Both the position numbers and the translations under genes were made by a program. Below are positions 1 to 13,670 of a stretch of 64,000 bases of DNA, in pieces. This DNA comes from Octopus vulgaris (Eukaryota): NCBI GenBank assembly GCA_951406725.2, contig OX597837.1, forward strand, positions 42,532,001 through 42,596,000. The letters run 5' to 3'. The stretch's first letter is position 1, and every line of letters begins with the position of its first letter. Under the pieces are notes generated by a model. The model was given only the letters and a program-made list of their open reading frames with translations. It searched no databases and had not been told where the DNA came from.

Positions 1-2132
1 TGTGACTGAGTGTGTTATGTATGCATGTGTGTGTGTGTGTGAGAGAGAATGAGTGTGCCATGTGTGTGTGGGGGTTTGTTGCTGCATGTGTAATTGCTGT
101 CTGTCTTGAAATATATCAAATATGAGGCAAAACGACATGCTATTAATGGAAGTTCTTGCTTTTATAGCTCTGAAAATTCTAATTTTCTCAATAAACCATT
201 CAGCAAAGTTATTTCCCTGCCTCCCCCACCAAAATACTAATAACAAATAAAATAAAATAAAATAAAATAAAATAAAATAAAATAGAGAGAGAGAGAGAGA
301 AAAGTTGTTAAAATGCTGCATTGTAGCATAAAGAGAACTAACTGATAAACATATTTGGTACTATACTTCTGTCATCCAAACGACTTAAACCTGAAATCAT
401 TAGATAACTGAGTTTTAAACTAGCTGTAAAAAATATACAAACATATTTCATATATATACACATATATATATATTATATTATATAATATATTATATAATAT
501 ATATATATAGATATATCTTATATAATATATATTATATTATATTATGTATATATACATATATTTATAAATCTGCTCATCAAATTTGATAGTTAAAAAGAAG
601 TTAATGACTCATATCGTTGCTGAGGTGTCCAAGCTTGTTTCACTGTTAGCATAATGTTACTTACTATACATACATATTACTAGACACACACATATATATA
701 CATATATATACATATATGTTATGAGCTGCGCTACAAAAGGCGACAGTAAGCAGATAAACTAAATTTCAATTTCTAATAACCATAAAATATAGCTTCAGAA
801 GACAAAAGAAAAATAGCGCTTTCTTTTTTATGTCTGTAGATTGAATTTTATTTTATAATGCTAACATAGTCAGTATATTTAGCTATTTATTTATTCCAGA
901 ATCTAACAGTGAAAATTTATATAATTTTCATTACTACTTTTTTATGTTTTTTTTTTACCCCCTCCTCATTTTTATATTTATTTTCACATTGAAAAACATG
1001 ATAATTGTCAAAAAAAAACAAAAACAAAAAGAAGTAAATTCCCTAAAAAAAAAAAAAAAGAGAATATAAATAAAAATTACATTGAAAATTATTCTTTGAA
1101 CAAAAGAAATATACTACCTAACACAACCTATAATTTTCTGATGTGCTTTCCATCTATGACATAACTCTCTCAAGTCAATAAGGGAAAATATAATTCTTCA
1201 AAAAAAAAAAAACCAAAAAGTTACAAAAAAAATAATAACTCTATAGCAGAATTCTGAAACAATTCTTTAAAAGGATATTGCTAAACTTTTTATATTGGAC
1301 AATAAAATTTGAGAGACAAACAGGATAGAATATCAAAACTGATTTCCTTGATATATATATATATATATATAAAATGTATGTATGTATAATTTTTCCACAA
1401 ACAGGTTTATTTATTTTTTTAACCTTTTGATGTTAACTTTGTTTATTTATTTTTAAAACTTTTTCTTTAGTGTTTTTTTTTTTTTCTTTTCTTTTTTTTA
1501 CTTCCTAAAAACGACTGTGGCAGACAAAGTTACTGTATATAAGCAAATTACATTTTGAAATAAAAGTACATGAAAAATAGCAGATCAAAACAAAATCATA
1601 CATAAATTTTATTGTCTAAATATGAGTGTGTATATAACTACGTGTATGTACGTGTGTGTACACAAAATAACACACAAGTTTACATATATAAATTAATTTG
1701 TAAGTAAAAGTGTGAGAGTATGTGTGTAACATGAATAAAGGTGTATTAAATACCATACAAGGTAAACTCTTGATTTACTGAAATTATCTTCCCTTGAAGA
1801 GAGAAACAAACAAATGCCTAACGGCAATTGTAACCAACACCAAATCAGAAGGGGAGATAATCACACAACCCATAATTTCTCCGTAATTGATATGCCTTTA
1901 AAAGAACAGCAGCCAGATTGTCTATACATAATTTCAGTAGGCTTTCAGAAACAAATGTTATTTCTTAATGAAAATCTCTGATTTTATAATGTAACCAACT
2001 TCTGGGTGGACACACAAACATACAGAATATTGGTGGAATTAAACAAATAAAAACATTGATAAAATTTAAACGCTACCAGCCTGAGAGTGTTGTCTGAGAA
2101 TAGAAGAAGGAAGTGTTCTCTTGAGTAAGCCA

Positions 2133-2561
2133 GGATCTTTTTGGTTTCAATGGCAGTTTTTTCTAGCGGTGTCATATGAAATTGTCACCCATAATTATGA
2201 CACTAGAATCGATCTATTGCATTTCAATCTCGGTTAGGGTTAGTTAGGGTTAGGATTAGGGTTAGGGGTGGGAGAAGGGTATCTTTTTTTGTTCACAAAT
2301 GTAAATAAATCCAATCTGTTTCTTAAATGAGGGACATATTCATACGGCACAGAATGCTTTTTAACTCAATAGACATCATTGATTGGTTGAAATTGCAGAA
2401 ATTGAAGAAAAAAAACAAATATCTTACAAACTATAAAATTTTCTCAATAAAGCCAAGAGAAAAAGATGTTTTATAAACACATTCTACCAGTATACGAAGT
2501 TTAAAATTTTTTAGTTACCTAGAAATTATGTTAAAAACTGCTGTTCAAACAGAAAGGATCC
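2133..2561. mobile_element. Non-autonomous DNA transposon (MITE) with GG-initiated TIRs, 8-bp TSD and internal TTAGGG repeats (Merlin-like by termini)
   Basis: Left end GGATCTTTTTGGTTTCAATGGCAGTTTTT matches the reverse complement of right end AAAAACTGCTGTTCAAACAGAAAGGATCC. Flanks are GTAAGCCA (2125-2132) and GCAAGCCA (2562-2569). Superfamily is inferred from the 5'-GG termini and 8-bp TSD. Confidence 0.8.
2232..2268 (+). repeat. Interstitial telomeric-type repeat, about 6 TTAGGG-like units, inside the MITE
   Basis: GGTTAGGGTTAGTTAGGGTTAGGATTAGGGTTAGGGG. Confidence 0.9.
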
Positions 2562-2972
2562 GCAAGCCAGTTGTCCCTTTAATATTAATGCAATAAGGAA
2601 AACAGAGGGGAAAGAAAATATTTATGGACCACTGATGAGGTGTCAGCCAAATTCAGTACTCAAAATACATTCTCAGTATTTACATCCATTATTATTGAAA
2701 CAACAGGGTACACACTAACCAGCCTGCCAAGATCAAAGCATGGCTGAATTCAGATTCTTTGAAGAACATAGTTCCATAATTAATACGGTAAACAGTCACA
2801 TTGTGTGGAACAATATAAATTTTGCTAACTGTCCTTAAAATTTCAATGGCAAGTGGTTGCCCAAAAGATGAAAAAAAAAACATAACAAAACAATATTTAT
2901 TTCTTTACTACTTTTTCTTTAAACCTTGCTTTGGAGCAAGGACACATATGCATGCACATACACACATATATG

Positions 2973-3003
<31 letters not shown>

Positions 3004-4985
3004 ACAAGCACATAAAGTTGGTGGATTTACATTCACATCCACCAACACATGCTCAGGTGTTTACCTGTTCACTGAATTAGAATGTGAGCGCTTGCATATA
3101 CATGTGTACACTTATTGTAACCCTGCAGTGGAATCAGCAGGAGAAAGTTTGTAACAAAGCCAGGACTTTAAATTACAAGTAAAATTCATCAAACAAGCTG
3201 CTGCACAGTTTCCATCTACCCAATTTCACTTATAAGCCTTGAGTCAAACCCAAAGATATGATGAAAGACACTTGCTCAAAATACCATGCAGCAGGGTGTT
3301 AGTGATAGCAAAGTGGACTTCTTCATCATTTTATCATGTTGCATCTACTCATCTATATATACATACATACATATATATCTAATATAGGATAAAATATTTT
3401 CTAAAAAAAAAAATTCATCAATGGCCAGCATGTTAAAAAATACCTTTAAAGGTTAAATTTACAAACAACTTATAAACAAGGGCAATAGAAAAAAATTTCT
3501 AATGCCAAATATGCCAAAACTAGACACATCGTCCATAACCAAATAATTCATCACTATAAGGTGTGTATATATATATATATATGCCTATATACATCCATTG
3601 ATATGGGTGTACTTGGCTATGTTAGTAAAGGTTGAGGGGAAATTTTAGAAGAGTTAGGATTTTCAGGTGAAGAAATGAACAACAGCTAACACAGTTTTTA
3701 CAAATACAATCCATAAGCAGGAACAGTAAAAACTTGCATGACGTTTTAAAGTTCAACACTTAACACTTATTACTGTTATCCAAATTCCAACAACGAAGCT
3801 TTTGTTTATACATTTTATTGTAATTAAACCAGCTCCTTTGAAAGAAGAATTCAAATAATTAAACATGATACACAGGCCTGCGCATATATTGTATTACATA
3901 CGTGAATATATGCATAAGCAAACTGGAAAATGTAAATGTATACAAGAGAATTCTATCTGAACAATAGAAGAAAAATTCCCACCAGAAATATTGTAACACT
4001 TCCTTTGAAAAGTATCCTGCTATGTATATCGTTGGGTCAGGTATAATATAAAGTGCAAAACAATGCTATTGAGTGCAGTTGGGCCTGTGGCTATATACAC
4101 CATAATTCAGAAATGCAATAGATACTTGGTTGATATACGAGAATGTTTGTCGTCTACGTGATTAACAGTTGTCTCTCCACTCCAGTGAAATATGGTATAT
4201 TTAATATCATGTTAACGTGTAGCTTGTCATTTCACACTATATTAAATAATGTGAACGCTGACTGTTTTTTAAACATTTCTAAATAAACTTATAAAAGAAG
4301 TTCTCAGAGTGTTTCTTCTTCCATCTCTTCTCAAACAGAATCAACTGATGCATAAAGATAAACTGCTCAAGAAATTGAGATTTTTATCTCTGACAAATAA
4401 AGTCTACAAAATTTAGGTTAATGTGTGGAAAACCTGGTCACAGCGGAATACTTCAAAAGCCAGTATTTCTGTTTTCGTAGTTATTATTTAAATGGGTGAA
4501 TTGATAACTTAAATCTTTATGAAAAAAGATGCCTCCCCATCTTCCTTCCTCTTCTTCTCCTCCTTCTTCAACGAGTACTTTTCAAAGAATGTGGTGGTTT
4601 TCTATCAATATGATTGAAACACTACACGATTTACTGTATTAATTAATTCATTTAATTAATACTTTAATTAAATTTTTTTTTTATTATTTCCTAATTAACA
4701 TATTTAGGTGTCTTAACATCTGTTGTAAACAGAATTTCAAAAATGAAATGAGTTTTGTGCATTATACCTTTAAAGCAAAATTGAATGTAATTTTTTATTA
4801 TTTTATATAATTAATTCATTAATTTTAATAATATGTATTTTGTACATTTTAGACTAAGAATGGATACAGATAAGGAGAACATAATGAGAAAGAATAAAAA
4901 AGCAAGTAATGAGCTGTTCACAGCCTTGTTGGATCTCCCCAGAGGTGATGAGTAAATTAACAGACTAACATACCAGTATAAATCA

Positions 4986-5372
4986 GGGTGCAAGCATGGC
5001 TGTGTAGTTAAGAAGTTTCGTTTGCAACCACATGGCTTCAGGTTCGGTCCCACTGCCTACTTTGGGTAAATGTCTTCTACTATATATCCCAGACTGACCA
5101 ATGCTTTGTGAGTGAATTTGGTAGATGAAAATTATGTTGGAAGATTGTTGTTTGCATGTGTTTTTGTGTTTGATCCACAACTTATTTGATCAACAAGCAG
5201 TTTGATTTGTTTACATCTCCATAACTTAGCAGACTGGCAAATGACACTGATAGAATAAGCACCTGACTTAAAAAATAAGTAGTGGGATTGATATGGTTAT
5301 CTAAACCCTTCGAGGTGGTGCCCCACATGGCCACAGTTCAATGACTGAAACAAGCAAGTGACAAAAAGATAT
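4986..5372 (+). mobile_element. tRNA-derived SINE, family A
   Basis: A-box-like TGGCTGTGTAGTTAAG and B-box-like GGTTCGGTCCC. Body has ...TTGGGTAAATGTCTTCTACTATA...GTGAGTGAATTTGGTAGATG and tail ...ATGACTGAAACAAG. Matches many other copies in the window. Confidence 0.85.
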
Positions 5373-5461
5373 AAAAACTCTTTCTTCATGTTATCACACA
5401 AGAGAAAGATACACATGAAATGTCTTTCACTGCCTTTACCAGATTTGCAACATAACAAAAT

Positions 5462-5600
5462 ATCTTCTACCAAATCTTAGTCAAAATTTATGTACCTAAC
5501 ACTAGCTTAATGATAACTAAGTTATTTTACTAAATTCTTTGTTATATTTAAAGTAATTGAAAGAAACACAGAGCATCTCAAAATAAATACAGTAACGAAA
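5462..5600 (+). mobile_element. Fragment of piggyBac-type MITE family 1
   Basis: Aligns to the 3' half of the full copy at 27392-27612 (…TAACTAAGTTATTTTACTAAATTC…AAATACAGTAACGAAA). Confidence 0.8.
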
Positions 5601-5619
5601 TTTTTCTGGTTGAAATACA

Positions 5620-5886
5620 CCGAAAAATGGCAACACAGCAGTCAAAAAATTGTAAAAAAATAGGGATTTTCATAGGAAAAAAGCACCTTTTGATGTAAAT
5701 AATTTTTGGTATTAACATGGTCCGATTTGAATTTTTTCTTCTACAGAAGGAAGAGCAAGCCTTCTTCTATAATACTCTCAATTTTGGTCTCAACTTGCAC
5801 CGCAAGGTCTCGGAGGAGATAGTGTTAATTGAAGGCTACCAAACCTGCTATACACAGACAACTTCAGCTTTGTATATAGAGAGAGA
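5620..5886 (-). mobile_element. Probable 5' part of a non-autonomous Helitron
   Basis: Minus strand starts TCTCTCTCTATATACAAAGCTGAAGTTGTCTGTG, resembling the 5' end of the Helitron at 55377-55871, and shares TGCACCGCAA. No 3' CTAG end seen. Confidence 0.5.
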
Positions 5887-6470
5887 TGTAGTTTCCATTG
5901 TTTCCTGCTGTGTCCTCCATATCTTTTCTCTTTCTCTCTGCTCTACATACACAAACATACACACACACACACATTCTTATTATCATTGTTTGCTTGCCTT
6001 TTTTATTGATGTGTATACTTTCTAAGCTGCATATTATTTCAGTCATTACGTTCATTGGTTGGAGGGTTTATAGATGAAGTGTTGAAACCCTTCCTAGTAC
6101 CAACCAACCAACCAACCAATCCATTAAAAACAGAATATATTCTAAAATATACATTGTGGCACCTGGAGGCGTCAGTGCAAAGGGGTTTATATATTTATAA
6201 ATATACATGGCTTAAGGAAAATAGAAAATGATAAAATTATAGAGAAGAAGAAAGAAGCTGTTTGTGAATGCAGCACTTTTATTCTTGATATGCATAAAAA
6301 TCATTTAAAATACATAAAACCCAGTGCATGCATGTATAGTTGCTTGTGTGAATGTATGTATGTATGTATGTATGTATGTGTGTACTTAGTTCATTGAAGT
6401 AGTTCTTTTCTCTCACTTATGTCTCATATCAATACAACACTGTTTTCATCCTACAAAACTAAAGATATAA

Positions 6471-6511
<41 letters not shown>

Positions 6512-6766
6512 GTAGTCCCCTTGCTCACCAGCTCCAGTCAAATTATGGAACCCATGCCAACATAAAACACAGACAGATGATGATGATGATGATGATGATG
6601 ATATATATATATATCATAAATGTCAAACATCCACTTTTCCATGCTTCCATGGGGAAAGCACAATTTGGAGCTTTAATTCAAAATCCTAGATTTTTTCATC
6701 ATTTTCTAATGAAAATCCAAAATTTTAAACAAAAGCACTTTTGTTAAATTTCAGATGGTTAAAAAG

Positions 6767-6799
<33 letters not shown>

Positions 6800-7103
6800 T
6801 ATAGTAGAAATATGTTACAAAAAGAAAATATAAAATACACATGGAAATGTAAGGGTAAAATATGAAAAATCAACGAAAATGCACATTGCAAATAAAAAAA
6901 GGCTTTTTATGAAAGGTAACGACAGATATATACATTTAGATGGACTGAGGTAGTAATAAGAGTCATATAAGTCATTATTATGAGAAGATATATATATATA
7001 TATATATTTATTTATTAATTTATTTTAGGTTTGTATGTGTGCATCATTATCAAGCATCCACAGAAAATGGATATTTGATGATAATGATGTTTCTATATGT
7101 ATA

Positions 7104-7167
<64 letters not shown>

Positions 7168-7909
7168 ATGAGTAAAATACTGCAAAAGTGACAATACCTC
7201 CTGCTGTTGGACTGATTACTATTGCTTGTTAAGAACTGAAGACAATTCTTGCTATCTTATGAGGTCACACAATACTGTTTTATAACCCCCACACACTGAT
7301 AAATGAGAATAATTTCGCCAAGAGGAAATGATGTCAAGGTGCATTCTAGATGCACATATATTACAAATGAGACAAACAACAAATATAGTACGTCACTACA
7401 ATTTCACATATACATATATCTCCATACATTTTTAATCAGAAAACTTCCGGGCAATATACTTTAGTGAGTATAGATACCATTTTATTTTCAAGAGTGATTA
7501 ATTTCAGCAAAGCCTTCCAGCTGTCAAAGCAATTTTTCAAACATGTAAATATTCGAAAATTGCAAACAATCTTACCCATGATAGCTTGAGAAAATTACAG
7601 GAAAAAAAACAAAAAAAGGTGTTTGATTTATTATACCAACTGATTATGATTATTTCTGATATTAATTAAGAGAAATTAGAACAGTGTTAACAACATAGCG
7701 TATATTGAAAAAAATTTCTTTGGTAAAAGTGCTTTTACTTGAAAACTAGCCTCGATTGGAATATGGAACAAAACAGTTAAATGCAATGATGCTTGAAAAG
7801 TGCAGGTTTTCGATTATGATGAAAATAGTAAGAATTTCTAAGCCTTGTGAGTAGATTTGGTGGATGGAAACTGAAAGAAGCCCATTTAACATCTATGTGA
7901 AAGAAATCT

Positions 7910-8070
7910 GTTAACATCTATGCTCCATGCTGGTATGGGTTGGAAGGTTTGACAAGGATTCAAGAGTCAAGGACTGCACTGCACTTCAGTGTCTGCTTTG
8001 GCTGGGTTTCTCTGGTTTGATGCCTTTCCTAACACAAACCACTCTAGAGTGTGTACTGGGTACTTTTTTC
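7910..8070 (-). mobile_element. Decayed SINE family C 3' part
   Basis: CCATGCTGGTATGGGTTGGA…GATGCCTTTCCTAAC, the reverse complement of the family C tail. Confidence 0.65.
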
Positions 8071-8776
8071 ATGCCTCTGGCGCTATTGAGGTCACCATGC
8101 AGCCTGGAAATCAAAAAAACCCAGAGAGGAAGGATGGTGCCTCTGTATGTTAGATAAAGGTTAGGGTATGAGGTTGGAGTAGAGCAGGTTTTTGTCGTAG
8201 AGGAGCTCCATGGCTAATCACATTTAGGAGAATGAGAATGAGTTAGGTGTGTGTGTGTGTGTGTGTGAGTTGATGTTTCCTTGTCTTATGATCATGTAAC
8301 TGTTGTAAACAAATCTCACTGTCATACAAGCCGTGTCCGTTATTTCCAGTCTAACCATGGAAACATGTCCAGCCATGGGGGAATGTTACCTTATTTGAAA
8401 ACGAGTGAGTGTTGGTGACAGGAAAGGTATCTGGCCATAGGAGATCTGCCTCAACGAATTCTGTCCAATCCAGATGAGCATGGAAAAGTGGACATTAATA
8501 CAATGATGATGAATCAATTACTTGAAAAGTGGATGATTAACACATTATTGAAGATTTATATTTACTGACCTTACCGCAACAGAAATTGAATTGCAAATAT
8601 CTTTATATTCACATACCAAATGGTACTAAATTTCTTTATTTATGGGAGAAATCTGCACAAATGCAAATGTACACAGAGGAATGAGATTGATACCCCAAAT
8701 GTGATGCATAATTCCTGCAAATGCTTTTAACATTAAAAATGTTCTTACTGATACAAGCACATTAAAATTATGAAAA

Positions 8777-9190
8777 GCGTGGCTGTAGAGTAAAAAATCT
8801 GCTTCTCAACCACAAGGTTCTGGGGTTCAGTCCCATGGCAAGGTACCTCAGGCAAGTGTCTTCTACTATAGTCCCTGGTTGACCAGAGCCTTATTAATGA
8901 ATTTGGTAGATGGAAACTAAAAGGAACCCTATCATACATGCATATATGTATATATCTATATGTATGCATGTAGATGTGTGTATGTTTGTGTCCCCTTGTC
9001 TTGACCTCATATGATAGTTGTGATTGTTCTTGTCATTCATTTTCAATATACATTTTCATATTTGATCATGGGGCAATATTACACTTGCTTGGAAACAGAC
9101 AAAGGGGTTGCAACAGAAAGGGCATATGACTGTAGAAAATCTGCCTCAATAAGTTTCACTTGACCCATGCATAGAAAAGCGGATGTTAAA
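8777..9190 (+). mobile_element. SINE with family A head and family C-like tail
   Basis: GCGTGGCTGTAGAGT…GGTTCAGTCCC…GGCAAGTGTCTTCTACTATAG, then …AAGGGCATATGACTGTAGAAAATCTGCC…GCGGATGTTAAAATGA. Confidence 0.7.
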
Positions 9191-10789
9191 ATGAATGAAT
9201 CAATTCAACAGTTTGAAGATTCCAGCAATGAACAATTTGAAGATTCAAGCAAAATATGTAGGAATCTAGTCTCAAAATGCTTCTGGTATAACAAAGAAGC
9301 TGTTGGAACTTCCTAACATTACTCGACTACTATAAAGTAAATTGTATGAAAGTACCTGTACTTCAAACAGTTTCATAAGGGAAGTGTGTACTGATGGTGG
9401 TGGAGCTAGTTAACATTAATTAGGAGCAGCAAGTAATGACAACAGGAAATCTTGCTAATAAAGCGTTAAAAAAAAACTGACAAAATTTTTCAGTACTGGA
9501 GTTTTGTTTCAGAAAAATACAAAATTTCAAGTCATACAAAAAAAAAAAGAAGGAATAATAAGAATTTTTTTTTTTTTAAATTCAATTTTTATCTTCATTG
9601 ATTAGTTAATATTATATTCTTGAATTGCATGACACTCAGACGGTATAGAACAAGCATCAGATACATTGGTTCATAGATTATATACTTATGATGTGAACTG
9701 CACTATAATTCTTACTAATGGAAATTATAAAAGGAAAATGACTAAAAAGAAGAAGCAAAAATAAAAGAGAAAGAATTAAACAAATATCTTATTTTGCTTC
9801 CAGGCGAAACAAAATAATATTATAAGACTTTCATTATTGTTGCTAAGATGCAGGGAGTGGGAGTAATTAAAATTTCAATTCATATAGAAAATGATTCATT
9901 TGAATATTTGCTTTTTTGCTTGTTTATTTTTTTATATAATTTAAATTTTTGATATTCTCATTAAAAATTAAGTTTAAAAAAGAAATTTTTAAACTGAAGT
10001 AAAAATAAATATTTTTTCAAGATAAAACAAATCATATAATGGAATATTATTATTAGTTGAAATGATGCTTCAGTAGCCAAACTGAAATCATACAAATGAT
10101 ATTCACGAAAAAGCAAAAAAGCAAAACAAAACAAACTGTGAGCATTTCTTTAAATGATTAAATAATGCTTCAAAGAAATCTCAAATCCTATTTTAGCATC
10201 ACCAAAAACAAGAGAAAGCACAAGAAGATAAATGGCAAGATTAATTTTATTATCGTTTTGTTTGTTTAGCCATATCAAGGAAAAACAGCACCTGATGACC
10301 TGTTTCAGACTTAGGTGAGGAAGAGACCGAGGTATACTTAGACCAGAGGTGTGACCTCCACCACCGCTACCATGAGCACCAGTACCATCACCACCACCAC
10401 CTTAACCACTACCACCAATGCCTGCAACGGAATAAACTCTGGCCGGTCAAGAATTTGGACCTGAAGATCTCCATTTCCAGCGACTTCGAGGGCCACCTCC
10501 CAGTGGTGTTGGGCGTCAATGAAGAGCCCTCGACTATAACAAGACGACCAAAGTTTTTTTGGGTTTTTTTTCGAAGGTCTGAGGTCTCCCGCCCCTAAGC
10601 CCTAGACCATCACCTAATCACCCTTACCCGTCTTGTTGCTTAACAACAACAACAACAATAGGATAAACTCTGCTAAAAGCAACTTTGAGCCTAACAGCTG
10701 AAGTGAAACTGAGCAAAAGGGTTGAATCTACCATCCAAGAAATATAGGAATGGTCCTGCTCATAAGCCTCTCGTAGACAAGTTCCATCT

Positions 10790-10935
10790 CCCAAATCTTC
10801 ACCCATAGAGCTTTGGTCAACACAAGGCTATACTTGAAGACACCTGCTGAAAAACAGTGCTGTGCAGTGAGATTGAACCTGAAATGACTGTATTTGCAGA
10901 GAAAGCAAACTACTTTAAGTACACAGTCATGCCAA
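10790..10935 (-). mobile_element. SINE family A, decayed 5' part
   Basis: Reverse complement of the family A head and body (GCTTTGGTCAAC…GGCTATA…GAAGACAC…GATTGAACC). Confidence 0.6.
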
Positions 10936-11329
10936 CACCCGCTGACAGGGTTAGAAGAATTGCTATTACAGCAAAACATTGAAATAAATTCTAGCCAATA
11001 GTCTCTTGTAAGCAAACAAACTAAAAACAGATTTCAGCCTACAATGTACCAGATATATATTAAGTTTACAATGCATAGAAATGAAAACAGGGGTAAACAA
11101 GTAAAACATTAGGTCAAACAATAGATAGCTTCTGTTTTTGTTTTGTTAATTCTTTTTCTGTTTTCTTTTTTGTTCTTTTTCTTTTTCTTCCTTCTTCATT
11201 TACTTCAACCTAATAATTTTGTCTGAGCTAAATAATGAAGGTAAATATTACTCCAAGCAATAATACTGCCAACATTTGAACATTTGCTGTTTTTGTCATT
11301 TTGTCTATGTAGAATCAACTCTGTCTCTC

Positions 11330-11333
11330 TGTT

Positions 11334-11423
<90 letters not shown>

Positions 11424-11458
11424 TAGATAGATAGATATATACATATATATATATATAT
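11330..11458. repeat. Compound (CT)n-(TA)n-(GA)n-(GATA)n microsatellite
   Basis: Direct reading. Confidence 0.95.
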
Positions 11459-12274
11459 CCAAATATACATACATTGCTGACAAACCCTTAGAAGATCTCT
11501 TTCATCAAAAGGTAGGTTGATGAGTTCAATTAGTGTGGTTAATGTAGAACATGAAGAATTGACAATTATTGAGTTGCAATAACATCATTTACAGGAAGAT
11601 TTGCACTTAGTGGCAGACTTCAGAAGAAGAAAAAAAATAAAAAAAGAATTATACAAAAAGTATGTAGAAAATGTGATTAGAATAAAAAAAAAGAAAAGGT
11701 ATAAAAAAGTTTGTGAAGTGGATTAATTATTTTGCTGCGAGGAACAAATGTTCTAATGTTTTTGGGGCAGAACCCTTTGTGGAAGAGAAACGATATGTTT
11801 ACATGCGGTAGCACTGTATGGATGGATAGACAGATATAGATGCACTGACAGACAGACAGACATATAGAAAGACAGATGCACTGACAGACAGACAGAATAT
11901 GAGGAGGAGGAAGAGTATTTAATAAGGGAAACTAGATATTAGCAGAGGGACAACAGCAAAAGCCAACACATAAAACAAAATCTGGCAAATTTATTCAAAA
12001 AAAAAAAAATTAGTGGTGGTGTTAAGATGAGGAAAAGAGAGGAAGAACACACAAACACATTATGTATATATATACATTTATCGTCATCACCATTTAACGT
12101 GCACTTTTCCATACTTGCTAGCCCTCACCTGCTTACAAACAACGAAATATTTCCTCATGGCCAGACTGGAAATGAATACCATTTATTGTATGATGGTTAT
12201 GCTTGTTTACAACCATCACATGATGATGTCAACACAATGGTACACACACAAAATGGCCCTCTTCATTTTTTATT

Positions 12275-12412
12275 TACTAAATCCACTCATAAGTGCTTTG
12301 GTTGTGCTGGGGCTATAGTGGGGAATACACTTGCCCAAGGTTCCATGCAGAAGACTGCACTCAACTGTACGGTTAGTGGAAAACATTCTTAACCACACAG
12401 CCAAGCCTGTGC
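12275..12412 (-). mobile_element. SINE family A 5' part
   Basis: AAATCCACTCA…ACACTTGCCCAAGG…TTCTTAACCACACAGCCA. Confidence 0.7.
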
Positions 12413-12869
12413 CTACATATCAATCTGTGTGTGCATGCATGCATGCATTCATTTGTGCATACGTGCCTTGAATTTTCATGACCCTCACTCTGTAAAGAGA
12501 GTGGTAAAGAAGCAGAGAGTGGTTAAAGGTTCTTTGGGTCATATCGAAAACATGGCTACCTCTCTAATGCTGGTGCCATAAAAAAAATGCATCCAATACA
12601 CTCTGTAAAGTATAACATTATAAGGACCATTTAGTTTTGAGTACATGACAACTCTTCAAATGCTGGTGCCACAGATAAAAATATTTGGTACACTTTATAA
12701 AGTGGCTGGTACTAGGAAGTGCACACACCCATAGAAACCAAGCCTAAAATGAAACACCAGCAAGACAGGGGCCTTTCACCAGTCTAGGGGAGCAGTATTC
12801 TTCAATGTGCTGTCTCTCACCATAGTAACTTATGCAACACATGCTTGTTTGGAAAGTAGACATAAAACA

Positions 12870-12942
12870 TGATGATGGAGATGATGAAGATGATGATGAT
12901 GATGAAGATGACAATGAAGATGACAATGATGATGACAATGAT
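12870..12942 (+). repeat. (GAT/GAC)n microsatellite
   Basis: Direct reading. It generates the poly-D, poly-M and poly-S ORFs in the track. Confidence 0.95.
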
Positions 12943-13058
12943 GGAGTCAATGATCATACACAACATTTTATCTTCCTTGGATGCAGGCTTCCTCTTAAGA
13001 CTTTTGACTTCTTTAAAGCCATATAATTTATTCCAATTTAGAAAGTTTTTATGCTTAC

Positions 13059-13109
13059 TATTTGCCAACACAGGCCATTGCTACTTTCCTTGGATTCCAC
13101 TATGTAATT
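13059..13109 (-). CDS. Candidate 51-nt internal exon of an unidentified gene (NYIVESKESSNGLCWQI)
   Basis: Minus strand TGTTATTCTTTGCACAG| … |GTAAGC. Open, phase 0-0, and joins in frame to the candidate at 13285-13342. No homology recognised. Confidence 0.3.
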
Positions 13110-13284
13110 CTGTGCAAAGAATAACACACGAAACCGTTGGAATATTTTAACCAGCAGAAGCCATCAGCATTTCTCATGATGTCATGTATATCCGGAGATA
13201 ACAATCATTTTATGTCTTCGTTACATTGATAGCAGTGCCACACTGTGATTATCTGAAACCAGATATCGATGACTTTGTAATTAC

Positions 13285-13342
13285 CAATTCTTGAATTCCA
13301 TTTGTTTGGCATTCGATTTGATTTTGAGATTGTGTGCTCGGA
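13285..13342 (-). CDS. Candidate 58-nt exon (xPSTQSQNQIECQTNGIQEL)
   Basis: Minus strand ATTATTTTTAG| … |GTAATT. Phase 2 to 0, with a 175-nt intron to the next candidate. Confidence 0.25.
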
Positions 13343-13520
13343 CTAAAAATAATTGCACTACGTGGAAAGTCATTGCAGCCAATAAAAACACATACACTTT
13401 TAATTTAATGTTATTTTTGTAATAACCATTCTTCTATTATTTCTGTTCTTTATACTGGTTTCAATCATTGGAGTACAACCCACACTGGAACATTGTCTTC
13501 AAGGAATTAGTCGATCATAT

Positions 13521-13670
13521 AGGAGCAGGTGTGGCAATAAGTTTGCTTCCCAACCACATGGTTCTGGGTTCACTCCCACAGCACGACACATCGGGAAAAT
13601 GTCTTCTATAGCCTTGGGCCCGCCAAAGCCTTGCGAGTGGATTTGGCAGATGAGAGAAGCCCATCGTATA
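13521..13670 (+). mobile_element. SINE family A 5' part
   Basis: GGTGTGGCAATAAGTTTGCTTCCCAACCACATGGTTCTGGGTTCACTCCC…GAGTGGATTTGGCAGATG. Confidence 0.8.

Noticed and set aside
2232-2268. TTAGGG tract as a chromosome end or fusion scar
   Set aside because: It is short, in one orientation, and enclosed by TIRs and a TSD.
2628-2660. CTGATGA as a hammerhead (also near 10292, 52324 and 58799)
   Set aside because: There is no properly placed GAAA and no closing stem I. The 2632 site is a near miss (CTGATGA-GG…CC-AAAT) but is unsupported.
3387-3565. Possible Penelope-like tail with a decayed hammerhead between TA tracts (a similar fragment lies at 50565-50642)
   Set aside because: The core motif is too degenerate or absent to support from this window alone.
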